The notes under the pieces: model-generated
Databases searched by the model: none
What the model was told of the DNA's origin: nothing
The model's input: only the letters and a program-made list of their open reading frames with translations
Shown: piece by piece, positions 1 to 8,112 of the stretch
Layout of the letters: every line of letters starts with the position of its first letter
Numbering within the stretch: the first letter of the stretch is position 1
NCBI RefSeq assembly: GCF_000012285.1
Contig: NC_007181.1
Span: forward strand, 420,001-452,000
Source of the DNA: Sulfolobus acidocaldarius DSM 639
Lineage (GTDB): Archaea > Thermoproteota > Thermoprotei_A > Sulfolobales > Sulfolobaceae
Length of the DNA stretch: 32,000 nt
Direction of reading: 5' to 3'
Program-made: the position numbers and the translations under genes

Positions 1-159
1 GTCGAACGTAGATGCTATCGAGCCCCCTAACATCGCTAGGCCTGCCAGTATCCCTCCCATCGCTCCGTCGTGGTTGCCCTTCCTGTACTGGAGCACTGGG
101 GTTGCTATTTTTATGGCGCCCTTCCTTACTGCCGACACTATTTTGTTTAGTAGCTTCAT
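1..159 (-). CDS. Hypothetical small Gly/Ala-rich membrane protein (partial, C-terminus outside window)
   Basis: My own translation of the minus strand: ATG at 157-159 (complement), open to the window edge. Product MKLLNKIVSAVRKGAIKIATPVLQYRKGNHDGAMGGILAGLAMLGGSIASTFD... Not in the ORF track because it is partial. Confidence 0.4.
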   Translation of the reverse strand, partial: MKLLNKIVSAVRKGAIKIATPVLQYRKGNHDGAMGGILAGLAMLGGSIASTFD

Positions 160-207
160 CTTGCTTCAGAATGTATTGTTTTTAAAAGCTGGTAAAGTGG
201 AAACAGA

Positions 208-777
208 ATGAAAGAAGAGCGGATCGGCTGGATTTATACTATCAGCTCACTCGAAGAGAAGAGCTTCCCGTTGTGGATTAAGCAGGTCAGTCTGAAACAG
301 TTGGCAGTAATCTTCCCTAGTGCACTGCTTGCGTTAATATTCTTCAGCAAGAGCATACTTATTGCAATGGCTTCGCTGATCCCAGCAATTTACATCATAA
401 CGTATGACGAAAAGAGTATGGACGAGTTCCAGTATGTCTACCACTTCGTTAAGTTCTATTTGCTAAACCTAATAGCACCTAGCGAGAAGAAAGAGAAGAA
501 GCTGAAAGAAGAGAAAGAGAAGATCGTAGAGGGGAAGACTACGAAAAAGAGCGTGAGCTTGAGCGAGATAATTGCAAAGTATAAGCAAAAAATGTTGATG
601 TACAAGAAGAGGGTAATAAGGGCAGGGGTAAGCGGAACGACCCTTGCCGTGTTGCTCATTTTAGTTGCTAGAGACTTCATAACAATAGCAAGTAATCTGA
701 TGTATTTGGTCGCGGTCTCTATCGTTATCGCCGTTGCAATTATAGAGTTCCTTAGATCCATTTACGGGAAGATCTAG
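208..777 (+). CDS. Hypothetical membrane protein of the integrated element (TM segments flanking a Lys/Glu-rich linker)
   Basis: 189-aa ORF with hydrophobic N- and C-terminal segments and a KKEKKLKEEKEK linker. Its last ~35 codons recur as a dead fragment at 1582-1689. Confidence 0.7.
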   Translation: MKEERIGWIYTISSLEEKSFPLWIKQVSLKQLAVIFPSALLALIFFSKSILIAMASLIPAIYIITYDEKSMDEFQYVYHFVKFYLLNLIAPSEKKEKKLKEEKEKIVEGKTTKKSVSLSEIIAKYKQKMLMYKKRVIRAGVSGTTLAVLLILVARDFITIASNLMYLVAVSIVIAVAIIEFLRSIYGKI

Positions 778-929
778 TCAGATTTTATGAGCTCTACTTT
801 TCTTCTTGACTTCAGACCTCCAGCACTCTGCGGGTCGTTAAGATAGATCAATAGCTCCATAGGATATCCTTTATACTTTCTCGCCAGCTCTACTATTTCT
901 TTAGGGTCTTTCACTTTGATTACATACAT
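774..929 (-). CDS. Small hypothetical protein (51 aa), paralog of 1702-1857
   Basis: My translation: MYVIKVKDPKEIVELARKYKGYPMELLIYLNDPQSAGGLKSRRKVELIKSD. Below the ORF-track size cutoff. Conserved with the second copy MFVVKAKDPKDIIKLAKQYSDYPMELILYINNPRVIGGLRLKRKVEIIRAD, same length of 51 aa. Confidence 0.6.
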   Translation of the reverse strand: MYVIKVKDPKEIVELARKYKGYPMELLIYLNDPQSAGGLKSRRKVELIKSD

Positions 930-1090
930 ATGCTATTATTAACTTCTCAGTTTTTAACGTTTAACTATCCGTGAGTTAGCCCTAAAATTAAGGGCAACTC
1001 CCCGGGAGTTTAAGGGGGGAGTTAAAGGGAAAAATAACGCCAGCTCAAGAAGAGCTAAACGTTTAAATTTTTTGAATAGAATAGATAATT

Positions 1091-1513
1091 ATGGGAATGG
1101 AAAGAGAATTTAGATACAATGAATTGGTATTTCTGAATCAGCTCCAGACTAGGTATCAATTATTTACTTCGAGAGTGATGCAAGGGCTATACGCAGTAAA
1201 CCAGGAGGGCATTTTCTTAGCGAAGAGAGGCAAGACAGCGAAGCAGAGGTTCCTAGGAAAAGGTGGTGATATAGTAGTAGCTGAGAAAGTCGCTGACTGG
1301 GGCGAAGTTAAGTCAGTCATCGTTATGAATGTAAGGCAAGAAAACGTAGCCAATAGGCCTAGTCTAACTTTGAATATCTTATCGCCAGTCTACAAAGAGA
1401 TCGGCGACTGGCGAGTAATCTTGAAAGACGGCAGAGAAATAGTAATACCTAATGTTGATGACCCGTACAATAAACTAAATTATGTAAAAACAAGGTTTAA
1501 CTTGATGTTTTGA
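1091..1513 (+). CDS. Hypothetical protein (140 aa), paralog of 2019-2438
   Basis: ORF track. The C-terminal halves align: IGDWRVILKDGREIVIPNVDDPYNKLNYVK versus IGDWVVVLKNGERVMIRYVLDPINMAEAFKK. A TATA-like TTTAAATTT lies ~25 nt upstream of the ATG. Confidence 0.7.
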   Translation: MGMEREFRYNELVFLNQLQTRYQLFTSRVMQGLYAVNQEGIFLAKRGKTAKQRFLGKGGDIVVAEKVADWGEVKSVIVMNVRQENVANRPSLTLNILSPVYKEIGDWRVILKDGREIVIPNVDDPYNKLNYVKTRFNLMF

Positions 1514-1550
1514 GCTTTTTTACATGTAGTTGCGTCTTCTTTCTTCTTCA

Positions 1551-1689
<139 letters not shown>

Positions 1690-1701
1690 TCAATCCTCTG
1701 A

Positions 1702-1857
1702 TCAATCAGCTCTTATTATTTCAACTTTCCTTTTTAGCCTTAAGCCCCCTATGACCCGAGGGTTATTTATGTATAAAATCAGCTCCATCGGGTAGTCGCT
1801 GTACTGCTTAGCCAATTTTATTATATCTTTTGGGTCTTTTGCTTTTACGACAAACAT
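1702..1857 (-). CDS. Small hypothetical protein (51 aa), paralog of 774-929
   Basis: My translation: MFVVKAKDPKDIIKLAKQYSDYPMELILYINNPRVIGGLRLKRKVEIIRAD. Same length and position within the duplicated unit. Confidence 0.6.
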   Translation of the reverse strand: MFVVKAKDPKDIIKLAKQYSDYPMELILYINNPRVIGGLRLKRKVEIIRAD

Positions 1858-2018
1858 AAGCTAATTATTGTGTTGCAAAATTTAAACGTTTAGCTGGCGT
1901 TGAGCTAGCCCTAAGATTTAGGGAAGCTCACCTTGAATTTGAGGGGGAGCTAAAGGGAAAATAAGGTATAGCTCAAGAAGAGCTTAAGGTTTAAATTTCT
2001 GAAAGAGAATGGATAATT

Positions 2019-2438
2019 ATGGGACTGTTTGATAAAATTAAGAACAGAGTGGCTGACGCGTACTCACAACAAGACAGGTGTCTGAATCCCTACCCGTACC
2101 AGAAATCATTAGATTCATTCTTAGGCACGTTTGAAAGAATGGGCAGAGCATTCACATATGAAAAGTGGTACTGGGACGAGGAGGGATTATTTACTGGAGG
2201 GTATGGGATAGTTACAGGCAAAAAGGTAGAGAAAAGAATTCGATGGGATGAAATACAAGACATCGTGCCAATGAATGTGCAAAGCATTTCAGCATACGGC
2301 CTTAACCTTGCTGGTACCTCTAAAACTATAGGGGATTGGGTTGTAGTACTCAAGAACGGCGAGAGGGTTATGATTAGATATGTTTTGGATCCAATAAATA
2401 TGGCTGAAGCTTTCAAAAAACTATATCTTAAATCTTAA
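2019..2438 (+). CDS. Hypothetical protein (139 aa), paralog of 1091-1513
   Basis: ORF track plus paralogy. The upstream region shares 'gataattATGGGA' and a TATA-like TTTAAATTT with copy 1. Confidence 0.7.
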   Translation: MGLFDKIKNRVADAYSQQDRCLNPYPYQKSLDSFLGTFERMGRAFTYEKWYWDEEGLFTGGYGIVTGKKVEKRIRWDEIQDIVPMNVQSISAYGLNLAGTSKTIGDWVVVLKNGERVMIRYVLDPINMAEAFKKLYLKS

Positions 2439-2474
2439 TAAGAAATAGTACTAACTTTCCTCTTCTTGTCCTTA

Positions 2475-3938
2475 TTAATGTTGACTTTTCTCTATTTGTG
2501 ACTGGATTTTAGAGTGTACTTTTGATACTAGTCCACTTCCTGAACTCAGCTCAAATGCTAACAGTGCGATAGTAGATATACTCTCGATACCGAGTACAAC
2601 AGGTAGTAAGAATAACATTAAAGTACCTGTTAGGCCAAAACTGACAAGTATTGCTAAAGTGAAAGCGAGTATAAGCCCTGCTAGCATCATGCTGATCAGT
2701 AAATTAATCGCCATGAATGCTATTTTTCTAGTCCACTCGAAGATCCAAAGGGACGCTAAAAGTGGGATTAGAGAGACTATCGCTAGCATCACGCTCCATC
2801 TAAACGTAGCTATGGCCAGGGCGAGAAATATGAAGATCATAAGCCATGAAATCAGATAGGCGATGTCGTTGGCGAAGAACGGAATTGTCGCTAGTCCTCC
2901 CGTCAATGCTGTGTACAATATCGTCCCGCTGGTGAGCGAAATTGAAGCTATCCCCAGATTAGGCCCTGCGACTGAGTAGATTATCGCGTTTATGAAGTTC
3001 GCCGCATACGTATAGATAGTAAGCCCTGCGCTCGTGAACAGCCCCCATACGCCTAGCTTGTAGATTATATCTTGTGCTAGGTCGACAAGGTCGTAATAGC
3101 CCCCAGTGAACGCGTTGTAGGCCACTGAGAACGCTAAGAACAGTAACGCTAGGCCCACGCTGAATTTCTGCACGAGGCTGAAGTAACTCTGTGTCGTCTG
3201 GCTCGGTGCAGGCGAGTACAACAGCCAGTCTAGGGGCGTCGAGAACAGTTGTAGCAATGGATAAATGAGCGCCTGGAAGCCTGCTGTTAATTTGTTTATA
3301 ACGCCAGTTATTGCATTTGTTATAGCGTTTGTAATCCAGTCGAGAATTCCAGGCGGATTACTTACAGTAACTGTTAATACTCCAACACCCTGCGCAAAGT
3401 TCTGTTGATTACTAACTATTGCAACAACTATGTACTTTCCTGTTCCTGTGAAAGTAATTGTTATCTGTCCTAATGTAGTAGTTTGGTTAAGAATTACCGA
3501 ACCGTTATAGTACACTAGCCAGTCTATAGACGCTGGCATTGATGGGCTCCATGTAGCATAGTACGTCGCCGTTGCCGTATGCGTGACCGGATCTAGATAT
3601 AGGTCAGTAGGTCCTGACACCTGGACATTAAGCTGAACTAATGCTATACTTACGCCGTACTGTTGCGTATTTATATTCAATATTCCTAACGCCCCTGCCA
3701 CGATTAAACTTGCAGCAAATAACGTAAGGGCATATCTCTGATCATACCTATTCGCTAATATAGCTAATAATAACAACAATACTGGAAGTGCTGTTTGAAG
3801 TGTAGTAATGAATCCTGACAGGCCTCCAGATCCTCCGCCTCCTCCTTGTGCACGAACTATTATGTTACCTCCGCTAAGTAATGCTGGAAATAAGAATAGC
3901 ACAAGAAATATAATCCCTACTATTTTCTTCCTATCCAC
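2475..3938 (-). CDS. Large polytopic membrane protein of the conjugative element (mating-channel component inferred from context only)
   Basis: 487 aa with an N-terminal signal/TM segment, a GGGGGSGG linker, a central soluble region and at least 6 C-terminal hydrophobic helices. Divergent from the VirB4/TrbE-like gene. Confidence 0.75.
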   Translation of the reverse strand: MDRKKIVGIIFLVLFLFPALLSGGNIIVRAQGGGGGSGGLSGFITTLQTALPVLLLLLAILANRYDQRYALTLFAASLIVAGALGILNINTQQYGVSIALVQLNVQVSGPTDLYLDPVTHTATATYYATWSPSMPASIDWLVYYNGSVILNQTTTLGQITITFTGTGKYIVVAIVSNQQNFAQGVGVLTVTVSNPPGILDWITNAITNAITGVINKLTAGFQALIYPLLQLFSTPLDWLLYSPAPSQTTQSYFSLVQKFSVGLALLFLAFSVAYNAFTGGYYDLVDLAQDIIYKLGVWGLFTSAGLTIYTYAANFINAIIYSVAGPNLGIASISLTSGTILYTALTGGLATIPFFANDIAYLISWLMIFIFLALAIATFRWSVMLAIVSLIPLLASLWIFEWTRKIAFMAINLLISMMLAGLILAFTLAILVSFGLTGTLMLFLLPVVLGIESISTIALLAFELSSGSGLVSKVHSKIQSQIEKSQH

Positions 3939-3984
3939 TTTTCCTCATCTTATCCATTTTTAAAAAGCAGTATCTCGAGAAGCG

Positions 3985-5845
3985 ATGTTAAGTTTAAAGA
4001 AAGTTCAAAAAACTCCCCAGTTAACTACAAAAAAATTGAAGTTCTATCGTTTGGAGCCTGTGCCGTTCTTCCTTCTCTCTGAAGAGGATAGGGATCTAAA
4101 AAAACGAGAACTTGCAATTCTGCTTGCAAATGCAGATGAAGGTTACATTTATATCTCTAGAGAACCAGGCATTTTCGAGTTTGAAGGTTCTAGGTTTAAC
4201 ATAATTACAAACACATACGTGCTAGCAACAAAAAAAAGACCTAAACCTCGAAACTATAGATGAAATTAAAAGACCTAACGTAAAGAAAGAGTATGCAAAA
4301 TATGTTGAAACAAGCGATGGCTTTGCTAGGGTATTGGTTTCATATGCCTTCAGCACCATCATCCCTGAAGGTGCATTAGGTCTTCTTGAGTTAAAGAATA
4401 TTCCTAAACGACTCGAAATAGTCCTGCAGTTTAAGAAGTTAGATGAAATGAAAGTGAGGTCGTATTTAACAACATTAGTACTAAAACAACAAAGGATGAG
4501 TAGGTATGCTTCATCAAGCGTCCAGATCGAGCAAATGGTGGCAACATCTCAGCAACTAAAGAGGGAAATAGATGAGCTTTCAGCAATACCACTTCAGTTT
4601 AGGTTCTTATTTATAGTCCATGCCCACACACAAAATGAACTTGAGGCTATAACAAAAGAGCTAGCACAAAAGGTTCAGCAATTAGGAATTAGAGTTGATA
4701 CTCCCTGCTGTGCTCAGCATGAACTTTACGAGCTTGAGAGTAAAGTAGGATATAGGATAAGCAGCAATATAAGCCTCTCAAAGTTCTATCCATTAGCAGG
4801 GCTTCAAATTTTAGAGCCTAACGGGATCTTCCTAGGAACTGATGAGAAGGGCAACCCCATAGTAATTAATCCTTACTCAGCCGTAAACGGTAGACAGAAC
4901 CCTCATTGGGCAATAACAGGAACGACAGGTGCAGGGAAGACTACTACTGGTGCTGTTCTAATAGATAGGCTGAGGAAACTTAACAACGACATGATAGTAA
5001 TAGTCGTTGACCCAATGGCAAACTACAATCAATTCTTCCAAAATGAGGCTGATTTTAATGTGGTCTTCAAAGATGGTGATAGCCTAGGTTTAGACCCTGT
5101 AAAGTTAGTTTATGATAATGTCGTAAGCTCAGGAAATATCGCTGATTTCGTAATCGAGAATTATGGGATACCTGCAAAACTGAGAGGTATATTAATATCA
5201 CAACTAGAAAGGGCTAAGGACTTGAATGAGTTAATGGACAACTTAGAAGATTTAGCAAAGAGAAAGCATGCTACAGAATACAGGAAGTTAGAAAACTTCC
5301 TCCTCAACCTAGTGAGTGGTGCTGATAAGTATGTGTTTGCTGGGAATCCTGTTGATCTGAAGAATAAGAAGTTTGTAATCCTAGGGCTAAAGACTGATGA
5401 CGCTAGGAAGAGGAGGCTAGCGTCTACCATGTTAATGTTATACGCTTACATAAATAAGCTCCCTAGAGATGTTGAGAAACTTATCTTGGTCGATGAGGCT
5501 CACTTCCTATTTGAGTATCCCTCTATCGCTCAAATTATTGCAATAATCTACAGGACAGCTAGGGCATTGAGGACCAGCATAATCACGATGACCCAGCTCA
5601 TACAACATTACAACATGAACCAATATAGCAGGGAGGCATTCCAGCTAGCTAATAACAAACTTATCCTTAAACAAGAGAAAGAGGCCTTTGATGACCTAAA
5701 GAACTTAATGCGTCTCAGTGACGAGGAAATACAATTCATCATCAAGAGCTCTAGAGGACAAGGGATATTGAGGACTGGGGCGATAACGACTAGGATCCAA
5801 ATACAACTTACTGAGAAAGAGAAAGAGAAATGGAGGACTGAGTAG
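3985..5845 (+). pseudogene. VirB4/TrbE-family conjugative ATPase, split by a +1 frame change inside an A8 homopolymer (4230-4237)
   Basis: Track ORFs 3985-4263 and 4334-5845. The frame of the 503-aa ORF is actually open from 4226 (QQKKDLNLETIDEIKRPNVKKEYAKYVETSDGFARVLVSYAF...). Deleting one A from the A8 run fuses both parts into a ~620-aa protein. Walker A GTTGAGKTT and Walker B LILVDEAHF are present. Confidence 0.75.
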
Positions 5846-5846
5846 A

Positions 5847-6110
5847 ATGCCTGAAGAAATAAAGAGCCTGAAAGAGCTTTACAATATCGTAAAGCTCAAG
5901 GGGTACAACGCGACTCTTCTTGATGACATATTATTTATAGAATTGAAAGACAAAATGATAGCGATCACTGTGGTAAGGGACGTGTTCCTGGTCAGGTACT
6001 TCAACGATAAGGAAAAAGAGAACTACATCCTCCGCTCCCTGAAGACCGAGAACGTAGAGGCCTTAGTTCACAAGAACCTCAGTGGGCTCAATGCTGTCAG
6101 GCTGGAATAA
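5847..6110 (+). CDS. Hypothetical protein (87 aa)
   Basis: The ORF starts 1 nt after the stop of the ATPase gene, which suggests co-transcription. No recognisable motif. Confidence 0.55.
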   Translation: MPEEIKSLKELYNIVKLKGYNATLLDDILFIELKDKMIAITVVRDVFLVRYFNDKEKENYILRSLKTENVEALVHKNLSGLNAVRLE

Positions 6111-6739
6111 GTGATCCATTCGTATTCTTTCAAAATCAACTTATTCCTCAGCTTGTAGTCCTGCGAGTACTTCTTAATTAGTTCTAATTTCTCGCGCGTC
6201 TTTAACTCGTGGAAGCCTGGGTAGTATTTACTCAGCAAAGTGTATAACTCCTTAGCTTCTTTTCTCTTCTCTTCATCAAGTTTGTTGAAATATAGTTCTA
6301 GTGGGTCTATCCTCATGCTCCTGAGGAGCTTCTTCCTCTGCCTTATTGCGTAGGCCCCTATCCCCTTCTGCCTCAAGAACTCCATGTACTCCCTGTTGAC
6401 GCGCCTCCCGTGTTTTTCTAAGACGAACTCAAAGATTGCTAATAATAGTGCGGGATCCTGTTTCTCAAATTTCGCTAATATATGATAGAATAGATCTTTC
6501 TCTTCATCACAAAGCCTCGATAGAATGTATTGCAGTATAATATCTTTTGTACTCTTCCTATGCAGCTTTGTATTCGTGTCTCTTTTTTCTCTTTTTGAAG
6601 AATAATATTCAATTGCAGAGAAGTCAGTGTATGAGTTATTATTAATAATAGGTATATCTTCATCTATAATTTCCCCCGTACAACTATTTACTCTAAATCC
6701 TTCTGGATTAATAATAATCTCGCATTCTTGGGGGGTCAC
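6068..6739 (-). CDS. Hypothetical protein (223 aa) adjacent to the integrase fragment
   Basis: ORF track. Helical Lys/Glu-rich protein that I cannot assign to a family. Its 3' end overlaps the convergent ORF 5847-6110 by 43 nt. Confidence 0.6.
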   Translation of the reverse strand: MTPQECEIIINPEGFRVNSCTGEIIDEDIPIINNNSYTDFSAIEYYSSKREKRDTNTKLHRKSTKDIILQYILSRLCDEEKDLFYHILAKFEKQDPALLLAIFEFVLEKHGRRVNREYMEFLRQKGIGAYAIRQRKKLLRSMRIDPLELYFNKLDEEKRKEAKELYTLLSKYYPGFHELKTREKLELIKKYSQDYKLRNKLILKEYEWITYSSLTALSPLRFL

Positions 6740-6818
6740 ATTTCTCGTGATTTTAAAAGATGAATAGAAGTATTGTGGTGGGGAATAAAGTATTACCTTA
6801 AGTTAACTGGGGAGTTAA

Positions 6819-7622
6819 CTAAGGAAAATTCTGCTTAACCCACTCGGCGTACTTCTTATAGTGTTCTCTCGCTATACCGAATAGCGAGACGTAGTGTCGA
6901 GTCAACACACGCGTAGGTTTTCTACCCTGAATGAAGTCAATAACATCAAAGGGTATGCCTAATGTCGCCATTTGCGTTGATACGAACTTGCGGAAGTACT
7001 TCGGGGGTATTAGGCCTAACTGTTTTACGTATTTATCTACATAAGGCTTCTTTAGCTCCATCCTCATGATTGGCATCACGTGGAAGAGGTAGAATGAGCC
7101 CTTACTCCCTCTAGTCCAATTAAGCTCATAGTAACAGATACCCTCACATACATCCTTAGTGGCGTCATACTCGTTCATCACTCGTAAAACTTCTGCCTCC
7201 CTCAGCCCCGATTCCAAAAGTAAGCGGAAGAAGAGTGAGAGCTTCGCGTTACTGGATACTTTAGCTAATGTATCCTTAATTTGCTCAACTGAGGGGATTC
7301 TCAAATCGGCCCCCGTCTTCTTCACCTTCAGCCCCTCTGGCGGTTCCCGGCCTAGGACTAGCCTGTAGAAGTTGCGCCACGCCTTTACGCAGTTATTCGA
7401 TTCCTTACTCCCTCGCTTAATGCAACTAATATACCTCTTAATTGTATCTTCAGTTAATCCTTTTCTCTTTAGTTCTAATTGAAATTGTATCAGTTTAGAA
7501 TCAGAAAATTCAGAGTTGTTAGAAGACGTAGAATTAAGGTCACTTATTCTAACTCCATTCAATTCTAGACTTGATTCTAGGCTTGGGGGCGTGGGGGGTA
7601 TCCCCCACTGCGGGCCTGTCAA
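6819..7622 (-). CDS. int: SSV-type tyrosine integrase, C-terminal (catalytic) fragment Int(C) created by integration
   Basis: The C-terminus ...[19 protein letters not shown]...[56 protein letters not shown] matches the SSV1 integrase C-terminus as I remember it (YYPLSWTRGYKGVFYVFH...[37 protein letters not shown]). The annotated N-terminus runs into tRNA-like sequence, and the SSV-type N-terminal region is absent. Confidence 0.85.
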   Translation of the reverse strand: [267 protein letters not shown]

Positions 7623-7656
7623 GCCCGTGACCCGGGTTCAAATCCCGGCCGCGGCA
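7610..7656 (+). other. att site: 3' half of a tRNA (anticodon stem to discriminator; loop reads CUGUCAA, GUC, Asp-like), right junction of the integrated element
   Basis: G-CGGGC-CUGUCAA-GCCCG-UGAC-CCGGG-UUCAAAU-CCCGG-CCGCGGC-A. There is no 5' half. It closely resembles the intact tRNA-Asp at 10670-10742 but is not identical. Confidence 0.75.
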
Positions 7657-7731
7657 CTACTTTTACACTAATTGAAAGAGACTCTATTTATAGAACTTAG
7701 CATACGTAACTTTAACCAGTTAGAGTTGCAA

Positions 7732-7863
7732 CTATTCGCTTTGAGGCAAAAAATCATTAACCTCGGATTTACTCCAGCATCTAGACCAACAACATGCCCA
7801 GTAAGCTATCTCAATTCTTCCTAAACTTTCCTTAGCCTTCTTATTATATTTCAACAGCTTCAA
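7732..7863 (-). CDS. Cys/Trp-rich small peptide P4 (43 aa from a TTG start), paralog of P3 (17630-17755)
   Basis: My translation: (L/M)KLLKYNKKAKESLGRIEIAYWACCWSRCWSKSEVNDFLPQSE*. It aligns with P3 (L/M)RVLKSNKKTKRSSERIEIACWAGCWFSCW... with many third-position-only differences (RIEIA = aga att gag ata gct versus agg ata gaa ata gcc). The position relative to an ABC-ATPase 3' end is identical. Confidence 0.45.
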   Translation of the reverse strand: MKLLKYNKKAKESLGRIEIAYWACCWSRCWSKSEVNDFLPQSE

Positions 7864-8105
7864 ATAAGCTTCCCTCTATCATCGTATAGACTTTCGGATT
7901 AGTAAAAGCTTCTATAAGCTTCTTATCACGGCTTACTGTATAATTTATCATATCTTCCCTAGTCTCAATCATCATTATTAGTAATTACATTAGTGTTTTT
8001 CAACAGTTTTCCTGTAATTAACTACCGCTTTGTAAGGTGTGGGCATTACCCATATGCATCATCTGGGTTTAGCATAACGAACTTCTTGCTGCCGAATCAT
8101 TTCTG
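7844..8105 (-). pseudogene. Decayed 3' portion of an ABC-transporter ATPase, paralog of 17017-17649
   Basis: The terminal frame reads MMIETREDMINYTVSRDKKLIEAFTNPKVYTMIEGSLFEAVEI*, versus the intact ATPase ...GIIVTHDKDLVKVFSGTPVYTMIEGELFEGIKV*. Upstream pieces sit in other frames (FGSKKFVMLNPDDAYG* ~ FAKPRVCTLDEPLENVD; PYKAVVNYRKTVEKH* ~ PQKREKVIRVIRERVKEG). The N-terminal two-thirds is missing. Confidence 0.6.
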
Positions 8106-8112
8106 AATAAGC

